DNA of 32,815 nt from an uncultured Candidatus Saccharibacteria bacterium. Its GTDB lineage: Bacteria; Patescibacteriota; DYJS01; CAYMEI01. The stretch spans positions 1 through 32,815 of the forward strand of contig CAYMEI010000002.1 of assembly GCA_964389605.1 (NCBI GenBank). The letters are read 5' to 3'. A model generated the notes under the pieces. That model saw only the letters and a program-made list of their open reading frames with translations. It made no database searches and had not been told where the DNA came from. The stretch's first letter is position 1. Every line of letters begins with the position of its first letter. Shown here piece by piece: positions 25,938-32,815 of this stretch. Position numbers and translations under genes: made by a program.

Positions 25938-28406
25938 TTACCCAATCTTGCCAACTCTTTCTTCTATTTCTCTTTCAATAGTCTGTCTGTCTACACCATA
26001 TTTCAGCTTACTCATCTGCTTAATCAGCTCTCCAAGCTGTTCACTGGAATCTGCCTGAATCGGGATTGTTCCAAAAGAAAAAGGCTTACTCTGTGTTCCA
26101 CCAACCATTAATTTTGCAAATACGCTTCTGTTAGGCAGGTTGGCAACATCGTTTTTGTCAAAGTATCCAGGAAATAGCTCTGCTATTTTTTCTGCATCTT
26201 CCACACCAACACGCATAGCCAGAATAGATCCAACATTTCCAAAAACAGCAGACAGGATTTTTTCGTCAATCTGCTTGGTGTACTGATGAGCAATTGTTAA
26301 AGACAGCCTGTACTTACGAGCTTCTGACAAAATGGCAGAAAAGGAATCTGAGGCAAAGTTCTGGAACTCATCAACATATAAAAAATGAGGCTTCCATGGC
26401 TTGGGCTTGCTGACTCTTTTAAAAGCACCCGCCAGAAGTTTTGCCACAACAATCATACCTACAAGACTCATGCTAAACTCTCCAAGCCTTCCTTTATTTA
26501 AATTACAAAGCAGAATTTTGCCTTCATCCATGACTTCTTCAAAATCAAAGGCTGATCTTGACTGTCCAATAATGTTTCTCATAAGCGGAGAAGATATAAA
26601 TCTACCAAACTTAGACAAGACCCATGGGATAAGTTCACCTTTCATGTTTCCGGATGTCTTTTTAACTTCTACTGTCCAGAACTGTTTAACTAGGAAGTTT
26701 TTGATACTTTTAGAAACCTGATCCTGAAATGCATCATCAGCAATAAGTCTTGGCATTTCAACCAGCGTTCTTGGCTCTTCAGATGATTCATCCTCCATTA
26801 GGGCAATAAGACCATTTCTTGTCCAGTGTTCAAACATAGGACCCATGCTTTGAGAGTCAAAAAGTTTTCCCAAAATAGCTAAAAATTCCTGAACATTGTG
26901 GTCTTTTTCCTGTTCTGTTGACCACTCAAAAATATTCAGCCCCATTGGATAATCTATATCTGCAGGATCAAAATAAATCACATCATCTATTCTTTCTTTT
27001 GGGATGTAAGTTAAAATATCCTGCACATCTTCTCCGTGTGGATCCAAGTAGGTTATTCCATATCCAGCTTTAATATCGGAAACCATCATCTGCTTTAAGA
27101 GCGTTGATTTACCTGTACCAGTCTGACCAATTACATATACATGCCTGAATCTGTCTTCCAGACCAATTGTTATGTCTTTTTCCTGACCCCTGAATATACT
27201 TTTCCCGATCAGGGTTCCGCCAGGGTCCATACCCAAGGGTGGAATTGCCCCTTTACTGGGTAGCCACTTAATATCTGGCGTAGTAATAAACTTATTGGGC
27301 AGGTGAAACATGGTTGCAAGCTCTTCTGAGTTTAAAATGGATGTATTATTTAAATTATGGTTACGCATAACCATATCTGATATTAACCTAAAGCTTGTTT
27401 CTTTAGTTTTTTTAAGCCTATTGAATTCCGGATGAGCAAATTGTGCAAAAATACCTTCTATATTTTCCAGTTTTGATTTGGCATCAATTTCGTTGTCAGA
27501 TATTATTGCAAATCTTACTGCAGAGGAGAACCCAAATTTGGAAGATTTTTCGCTAATTGCTTTTATCCTTTCTTCGTCCAAGGGTGTAAGTCTTTGTTTT
27601 TCCTGTTTTTCCTCTGTCTCTCTTTGCTTTTTTTCCTGCTCTGCACTTCCATCTGTGTCTGTCAATTTAGCACTGTTTACAAGTTCTCCAAAAAAGCCAA
27701 AGGTTGATTTCATAAATTTATCTACAACGGTATTACTCTCTTCGTATTCTCCTTTTTGTATTTTCTTGATTGTCTCTCTTGCAGAACTTCTCCACATTTG
27801 ATTATCCACAGGTTTAAAAATCAGTTGTACAAAGGCACCGTCAATACCCTTCATGCCTGAAATTGCAGTTGTAAGGCTGTTCAGCGGGTCATATTCTAGG
27901 TTTTTATAGGTTTTTAGTGGAAGCAGAGATTCTTTTTCCAGTTTCATTTCGGCGCACTCAACAACCCCCCCCCCAGAAAATATATTATGATCATCTTCTC
28001 TTTCTGTTACTTTACAGTCGGGGTATACAGAATATATCTGCTTTATAAGATAATTCTTGAATTCCTTTCTGACAGTAAAGAAGAAGCTAAGCTCCTCCTT
28101 GTGGCTGATAATTTCAAAACTGACTACTGGCTCTGTTCTGGTTTTGAATATGTTTTTAACTTTATTTTTTCTAAAAATACTCCATAAGTTGCTGTAAAAA
28201 GGCTCAACTGATGCAAGGACTGTTTTCAGGTCCTGTTTTTTTGTTTCTTCGTTTTGGGCATCTTTAGGGCTGTCCACCTGTAACACAACAAGTTCCAGGG
28301 TGCTTTGCATGGTTGTTGATTCTTTGCGCTTAATCTTAAAAAAAATAAATAAAGAAGTAGTAATTACTAAGAGAGCAGTAATAATCAATGCAATTAAAAT
28401 ATCCAT
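25938..28406 (-). CDS. VirD4/TraG-like coupling-protein ATPase (FtsK/HerA superfamily) with an N-terminal TM anchor and an uncharacterised domain of about 400 aa
   Basis: 822 aa. N-terminal TM helix (ILIALIITALLVITTSLFIFF). Walker A VIGQTGTGKST (about 27103-27129). Walker B FLYVDEFQNFA. ARKYRLSLTIAHQY is typical of T4CP/TraD C-terminal modules. Confidence 0.6.
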   Translation of the reverse strand: MDILIALIITALLVITTSLFIFFKIKRKESTTMQSTLELVVLQVDSPKDAQNEETKKQDLKTVLASVEPFYSNLWSIFRKNKVKNIFKTRTEPVVSFEIISHKEELSFFFTVRKEFKNYLIKQIYSVYPDCKVTEREDDHNIFSGGGVVECAEMKLEKESLLPLKTYKNLEYDPLNSLTTAISGMKGIDGAFVQLIFKPVDNQMWRSSARETIKKIQKGEYEESNTVVDKFMKSTFGFFGELVNSAKLTDTDGSAEQEKKQRETEEKQEKQRLTPLDEERIKAISEKSSKFGFSSAVRFAIISDNEIDAKSKLENIEGIFAQFAHPEFNRLKKTKETSFRLISDMVMRNHNLNNTSILNSEELATMFHLPNKFITTPDIKWLPSKGAIPPLGMDPGGTLIGKSIFRGQEKDITIGLEDRFRHVYVIGQTGTGKSTLLKQMMVSDIKAGYGITYLDPHGEDVQDILTYIPKERIDDVIYFDPADIDYPMGLNIFEWSTEQEKDHNVQEFLAILGKLFDSQSMGPMFEHWTRNGLIALMEDESSEEPRTLVEMPRLIADDAFQDQVSKSIKNFLVKQFWTVEVKKTSGNMKGELIPWVLSKFGRFISSPLMRNIIGQSRSAFDFEEVMDEGKILLCNLNKGRLGEFSMSLVGMIVVAKLLAGAFKRVSKPKPWKPHFLYVDEFQNFASDSFSAILSEARKYRLSLTIAHQYTKQIDEKILSAVFGNVGSILAMRVGVEDAEKIAELFPGYFDKNDVANLPNRSVFAKLMVGGTQSKPFSFGTIPIQADSSEQLGELIKQMSKLKYGVDRQTIEREIEERVGKIG
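27966..27974. repeat. C9 (G9 on the coding strand) homopolymer inside the VirD4-like gene
   Basis: aacaaCCCCCCCCCagaa encodes FSGGGVV. It is the longest G/C run in the window and sits in an AT-rich genome. Confidence 0.9.
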
Positions 28407-28846
28407 CTACTAATTTTTCACTTACCTCATTTAATTATAAAAGAAAATTTTCAGTTGTTAATCTTGTTAAGTTTCTGTTTTTTTTAAGTCAGTTTTTATT
28501 ATTTTTATTTTTTATATATAATCAGGGTATTTTAACTTCTTACCTGATATTATTTTTATTTTTTCACAACTCTCTGATTGCGGCATTATTTTCTCCAACA
28601 TTAATTTTATTGGTCAATACAGAAATAGCATTATTTTTTTTAGCATTCTTTCTGTTCTCAGTATTGCTTGGCTTTTTAAAACAAAAAGCAGGAATTTTTG
28701 ATTATAGAATCATAGTCAGTCTTTTGTTTGTAGTATTTGCATACTTTTTTTTATTGGGGGATGTCAGTTCATCTTTCCTTGTAATTAATTTCTTATCAAA
28801 TTTGATTGTTTTGCTAGTATGTTCACTGATTGATGAAAAAGAGTAA
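28388..28846 (+). CDS. Polytopic membrane protein (possibly MreD-like, by position only)
   Basis: 152 aa, about 4-5 hydrophobic segments, Phe/Leu-rich. Its stop overlaps the PBP2 start by 14-17 nt. The only in-frame ATG/GTG/TTG start overlaps the divergent 25938-28406 start codon region by 19 nt. Confidence 0.4.
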   Translation: MQLKYPSTNFSLTSFNYKRKFSVVNLVKFLFFLSQFLLFLFFIYNQGILTSYLILFLFFHNSLIAALFSPTLILLVNTEIALFFLAFFLFSVLLGFLKQKAGIFDYRIIVSLLFVVFAYFFLLGDVSSSFLVINFLSNLIVLLVCSLIDEKE

Positions 28847-30680
28847 GAGTCAGGATTACTATATTCCTTTGTCTATTGGGGAGACTTTTAAAAAGAGCGT
28901 TTATTTCTCAGACAGCTTGGTGATCAGACTACTTTTAATTATTTTTTCACTGTTCTTTTTTGTGTCTGCAGGCAGAGTGGTGTACTTGCAGGTTTTTAAT
29001 CAGGATAGAGTTAGTGCGCTTGGGGATAATTATGTAGAAATACCAGACAGGGGTATTATTTTTGATAGAAATCATAAACAGCTGGTTGCCAACAGGAAGA
29101 GGTTTTTAGTAGAGATTAACCCGCTGGAGCTCAAAAAAGACAACTCTTATAGAGAGGAATTTTTCAATTACCTGCAATCAGATTTTAGCCTGAGTGATCA
29201 GGATGTCAGTTCTTTAAAAGACAGGGTGAGATTAGACTTCTCTGAAAATATTTTTGTTACTGAGGTGAATGAAGATAAATATTTTGAGTCAGTAAGCAAA
29301 ATTGACAAGTATCCCGGGTTAAGTCTTTCTGCAGGCATAAACAGGGAATATCTGGAAAATGGCTCTATGTCTCACATTTTAGGTTATACAAGTCCGCCCA
29401 ACCTGAATGATCTGGGCTACGAGCTGGACTCAAGCCAATTATATAAAATGCACATTGGAAGGGGTGGTGTAGAAGAGTACTACAATAGCATTTTATCTGG
29501 CAAGCCGCTTATTGAAACTTTTGGTAAACTTGAGCAGGACTACGAAGAGGCAAGAAATTTAATACTTACAATTGATGTTGAATTACAGAAATCAATTGAA
29601 GGACTAATGCAGGATAGTCTTAACGACTACGGCAAAGAAAAAGCTTCGGCTATAGTTATGGATGTACAGACAGGTGAGGTTTTGTCTATGGTTTCTTATC
29701 CTTTTTATGATAATAACCTGTGGACCAATCCGCAGGAGAATTCGGATAAAATAAGGGAGCTTTTAAATGACCAGGAAAGGTCTCCATTGATAAACAGGTC
29801 AATATCTGGCGTATATCCTCCGGGTTCAACATTTAAGCCTGTAGTAGCGCAATTTGCTTTAAATGATGGCTTGATAGATGAAGAAACCACAATAGAAGAT
29901 ACCGGAGCCTTCAAGATTGCAGAAAAAACTTTTTATGGATGGAACAAGTCAGGCCTGGGCAGGCTGGATGTAAAAGGTGCAATAGCTCAAAGTAGCAATA
30001 TTTACTTTCATACTCTTGCGGGAGGATTACTTGAGGAGGGCCATGAAATGGACGGGCTGGGATATGAAAAAATGATTTCTTATATGAAAATGTTTGAAAT
30101 GGATAGACCTACAGGAGTAGATATTGCTAATGAATTTACAGGATTTATACCAACCGAAGAATGGAAAAAACAAAAGTATGATGAGGAGTGGTTTATTGGA
30201 GATACAGCACAGCTTGGAACAGGGCAGGGGAGTATGCTTGTAACACCATTAAAGCTTTTGCAGATAAATTCAGTGGTGGCAAATGGGGGTAAGCTGATTA
30301 CCCCGTTTGTTTTGGACCAGGTTCTGGATCAATCTGGCAAAATTGTGCAGAAAAAAAAACCTCAGATAAAGGATATGGGTTTTGATCAAAAGAATTTAAA
30401 TTTAATAAAAGAAGGCATGCGAATGACAGTTACTCACCCAAGAGGAACGGCCAGGGATCTGAATTTTAGAAGTATTGAAATACTGGGGAAAACCGGAACT
30501 GCAGAAAGATATTCAAATGACCCGGAGCCTCACGCATGGTTTGTGGGTTTTTCTCCCTATAAAGACACTAGGTATGGGGTAGTTGTAATTATAGAAAATG
30601 GGTTAGAGGGCGGAAATACTGCCGCCCCGCTTGCTGGAGAGATATTTAAGAGATTAAAAGAGTTTGGGTATTTGCAGTAG
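28830..30680 (+). CDS. mrdA: Penicillin-binding protein 2 (elongasome D,D-transpeptidase)
   Basis: 616 aa. The track ORF starts at TTG 28830, but ATG 28833 is the likelier start. N-terminal TM anchor. Motifs: SxxK STFK (PPGSTFKPV), SxN (AQSSNIYF) and KTG (GKTGTAE). Confidence 0.9.
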   Translation: MMKKSKSQDYYIPLSIGETFKKSVYFSDSLVIRLLLIIFSLFFFVSAGRVVYLQVFNQDRVSALGDNYVEIPDRGIIFDRNHKQLVANRKRFLVEINPLELKKDNSYREEFFNYLQSDFSLSDQDVSSLKDRVRLDFSENIFVTEVNEDKYFESVSKIDKYPGLSLSAGINREYLENGSMSHILGYTSPPNLNDLGYELDSSQLYKMHIGRGGVEEYYNSILSGKPLIETFGKLEQDYEEARNLILTIDVELQKSIEGLMQDSLNDYGKEKASAIVMDVQTGEVLSMVSYPFYDNNLWTNPQENSDKIRELLNDQERSPLINRSISGVYPPGSTFKPVVAQFALNDGLIDEETTIEDTGAFKIAEKTFYGWNKSGLGRLDVKGAIAQSSNIYFHTLAGGLLEEGHEMDGLGYEKMISYMKMFEMDRPTGVDIANEFTGFIPTEEWKKQKYDEEWFIGDTAQLGTGQGSMLVTPLKLLQINSVVANGGKLITPFVLDQVLDQSGKIVQKKKPQIKDMGFDQKNLNLIKEGMRMTVTHPRGTARDLNFRSIEILGKTGTAERYSNDPEPHAWFVGFSPYKDTRYGVVVIIENGLEGGNTAAPLAGEIFKRLKEFGYLQ

Positions 30681-30716
30681 ATTGTTGTTCCTGTTTGATT
30701 TTATTGACTATCTCAT

Positions 30717-31655
30717 TCACCCATTTACCCAGTGCGGTGCTATTAATCCCTGTCCGCAATCCTGGCCACTTAAAAACATGCATTTATCCTTAACAAATCT
30801 TTCTTCTGTGTATTCAAAAGTAACTGGTTTTATGACTTTTCTTTTTTTGTATTCATTGGTATCAAGTAAAATCTCTGTTGTATATTCTTTGGGTCCAGTA
30901 AAAATATATGCAGGGTACATGCTTGCATTTTCCCATTCTGAATTTCTGGATATAGAATAATGAACCCTGCTTGCGCCTGGTTTATAGACTTGCATTATAT
31001 GAGATATAGCAGAAGGTGCCTCCTGTTCGCCTCCACATATTAGATATATTTCATCTCCCTGTTCAAAAAGTCCGCTCACAGAAAACTTTCCACTTACATC
31101 CTGCATTGAATTATTAAAAATCTGCTCTGTGTCAAGCTCAATACTCTCTATAGTTTTGATCAGGTTTTGCAATTGTGGTGAGCCTTCGGGGAAGTAGTGA
31201 TAAAATTGTCTGGTATTTTTTATAACTACTCCACCTGGTGCGCAGTACTGATATTCAAACTGTACAAATGGTGCAGGGATGAATGTTGATGTTTCTGCAT
31301 ATTCATTACTTGACTTAATTGATCTGTAGACTTCCAGTGGTCCAGAGTTGATCCAGCTGTTACCTCCTGCCAGATCTGGAGATCTTCCAAGTAGCATTGA
31401 ATAAACATCTGCTACATATTGCTTCATTGCACTTTCATATTCTTTTGACTTCTGTATTGTTCTAAGCGTTGTGGTAAGCTCTTTGTCTTTCCATGTATTA
31501 TAATCATTATCTGTAAGACCTCTACCCATAATTGACCTGAATACTGTGTTCAAATCTTCCCAGTGAGTTGCCTGAGCACTAACTGTATTAAATGTAAAAA
31601 TTGTAGCAGGCGCAGTAACTGCCAATATTATTGTTTTTAAAAAATTATTTTTCAT
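30717..31655 (-). CDS. Secreted protein with a DUF4214-like repeat
   Basis: 312 aa. Signal peptide ...TFNTVSAQA. VADVYSMLLGRSPDLAGGNSWINSG...IKSSNEY fits the DUF4214 pattern (LGRxPDxxGxxxW...S.E). A weaker first copy reads FRSIMGRGLTDNDYNTW. Confidence 0.5.
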   Translation of the reverse strand: MKNNFLKTIILAVTAPATIFTFNTVSAQATHWEDLNTVFRSIMGRGLTDNDYNTWKDKELTTTLRTIQKSKEYESAMKQYVADVYSMLLGRSPDLAGGNSWINSGPLEVYRSIKSSNEYAETSTFIPAPFVQFEYQYCAPGGVVIKNTRQFYHYFPEGSPQLQNLIKTIESIELDTEQIFNNSMQDVSGKFSVSGLFEQGDEIYLICGGEQEAPSAISHIMQVYKPGASRVHYSISRNSEWENASMYPAYIFTGPKEYTTEILLDTNEYKKRKVIKPVTFEYTEERFVKDKCMFLSGQDCGQGLIAPHWVNG

Positions 31656-31795
31656 TTTTGTTTCTTACTAAAATAAAAACAGTTATTTAGCAAGAAAGTA
31701 ATAGTACGGTAATGGTTAAACTGAATCTTCTACATATGAATCTAAGGGATAATGTTGTGTTTGTGGTGTCAGAAGGCAGGTTTTGGTTATATCTA

Positions 31796-32455
31796 TCAGC
31801 TGGTAGTATTTATTAAGATCTTTCTTACTTCATCAAAACTGCCTGCTATATATGTAGGGTTAAATTTTAGCAGATTGGCCTTGTTGTGAAATCTTTCATG
31901 TTCTTCGGGGTAAAAAAGCACAGAGTCAATACCTGCAGACTGTGCTGCCCCCAGGTCATTTTTTGTGTCTCCTATTATAATTGTACTATCTTTGGATGCC
32001 CCTGATTGTTCAATTGCTTTAAAAATCATTTCGGGGTGGGGTTTGTGATTGTTTACAGAATTCCTATCCAGTATTAAATCAAATACATTTAACAGTCTAT
32101 GTTTTTTTAGTGCAGGGAGTATAAATTCTTTTAATGATGTAGAAGTCAACGCCAGTTGTCTTTTTTGAGATTTAATATCAAGAAGTAGTTCTTTTGCACC
32201 TTCATATAAATCAACCTGCTTAATATCATGGTTAACTTTTTCCATTAGTTGAGCATGAAATTCTTCTATGTTTTTAACACCCCGTTGTTCTGGAGCCTGC
32301 CAATTCCCGAACACTTGAGTAGTTATTATATTATCATCCAGGATGAACCCATGTTTTTTAAAAGTATCTTTATACGCATTTAGCCATATTTGAAGTGTCT
32401 TGGCTAGACACCCGTCCCAGTCAAAAAGAATGGCTGTGTAATTTTTAGTGCTCAT
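31796..32455 (-). CDS. HAD-superfamily (subfamily IA) phosphatase
   Basis: 219 aa. Motif I FDWDGCL, motif II LTSTS, motif III/IV K...GDTKNDLGAAQSAG. Confidence 0.8.
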   Translation of the reverse strand: MSTKNYTAILFDWDGCLAKTLQIWLNAYKDTFKKHGFILDDNIITTQVFGNWQAPEQRGVKNIEEFHAQLMEKVNHDIKQVDLYEGAKELLLDIKSQKRQLALTSTSLKEFILPALKKHRLLNVFDLILDRNSVNNHKPHPEMIFKAIEQSGASKDSTIIIGDTKNDLGAAQSAGIDSVLFYPEEHERFHNKANLLKFNPTYIAGSFDEVRKILINTTS

Positions 32456-32635
32456 TCATTTTGTTTTTAGTAGTGTATGTATAAAAGAAAAAAAATCGCC
32501 CAATCCATAACACAGTCTTAAGCACTTAGGGGTTCATATGATTTGTGGCATAGAAACTAGATTTGGTGAATGAATTGCAGGACCGTTTAATAAAACTCTA
32601 TTAATTTTTATTCAAATCACTAAGAATTTACTGAA

Positions 32636-32708
32636 GCCAAAGTAGCTCAGCTGGTAGAGCAGACGCTTCGTAAGCGTAAGGTCGAGAGTTCAAGTCTCTC
32701 CTTTGGCT
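32636..32708 (+). tRNA. tRNA-Thr (anticodon CGU)
   Basis: Manual cloverleaf: acceptor GCCAAAG/CTTTGGC, D arm GCTC-AGCTGGTA-GAGC, anticodon stem GACGC/GCGTA (one G-A mismatch), and loop TT-CGT-AA. The variable loop is AGGTC, the T arm is GAGAG-TTCAAGT-CTCTC, and the discriminator is T. No CCA is encoded. Confidence 0.9.
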
Positions 32709-32815
32709 CGGTCTGTTGAGTGAGGTGTTGTCTGATTAAATGAATTTTTTTAGTAAATTCTGAGGTAAAATCTGAAATTCCTCTAAAACACACTTAGCCT
32801 GTTAAGCTGTACTAA

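Noticed and set aside
2870-31408. Short ORFs lying inside or antisense to larger genes. The full set is 2870-3094, 2959-3321, 7497-7700, 8118-8444, 8678-8902, 9228-9428, 10032-10313, 11180-11404, 11816-12328, 13659-14150, 14569-14787, 15851-16126, 15902-16087, 16377-16565, 17361-17768, 17473-17691, 17765-18025, 20068-20292, 23927-24130, 24291-24536, 24874-25137, 25178-25381, 25200-25418, 25845-26111, 26401-26721, 27478-27801, 27987-28187, 29705-29914, 30664-30960 and 31226-31408.
   Set aside because: Each is fully or largely embedded in a longer ORF with strong family motifs, on the opposite strand or in a shifted frame. Their translations are low-complexity (Ser/Pro/Leu/Phe/Lys-rich) with no motifs. 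They are typical shadow ORFs.

Overview
This is a 32.8-kb chromosomal window from an AT-rich bacterium, roughly 35-40% GC by my spot counts of single 60-nt lines. Genes are tightly packed, almost never preceded by a Shine-Dalgarno motif, and often start with GTG or TTG. Housekeeping genes sit as singletons away from their usual operon partners: atpD, argS, rplK, greA, recX, sufB, dnaB, mrdA and tRNA-Thr. This style fits a reduced-genome uncultivated lineage (Patescibacteria/CPR-like), but that is inference only. The standard genetic code applies: argS ends ...EEM-TAG, sufB ends ...GSVG-TGA, and rplK ends TAA.

Things worth a second look:
1. The arginyl-tRNA synthetase carries a complete Nudix-hydrolase module, with a perfect Nudix box, inserted between its catalytic and anticodon-binding parts.
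2. A ~5.7-kb locus of higher GC (14466-20212) reads as one giant protein of about 1,900 codons. It has two Hsp90/MutL-type GHKL ATPase modules and a C-terminal HExxH motif. It is interrupted by four or five homopolymer frameshifts and two in-frame stops.
3. The adjacent RND efflux permease gene is also interrupted by in-frame TAG codons and one frameshift. It is preceded by a 10-codon aromatic uORF that carries the only strong SD in the window.
4. A family of GC-rich palindromic repeats or hairpins is clustered at 5.0-5.5 kb, with further copies at the window start and at 10.5 kb. The cluster includes a MITE-like unit and a terminator-like hairpin that could end a small RNA.
5. A pif1-like helicase, a very acidic small ORF and dnaB form a cluster beside an orphan VirD4/TraG-like ATPase whose gene contains a C9/G9 tract.

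All family calls rest on motifs I can read in the translations. No database search was possible.
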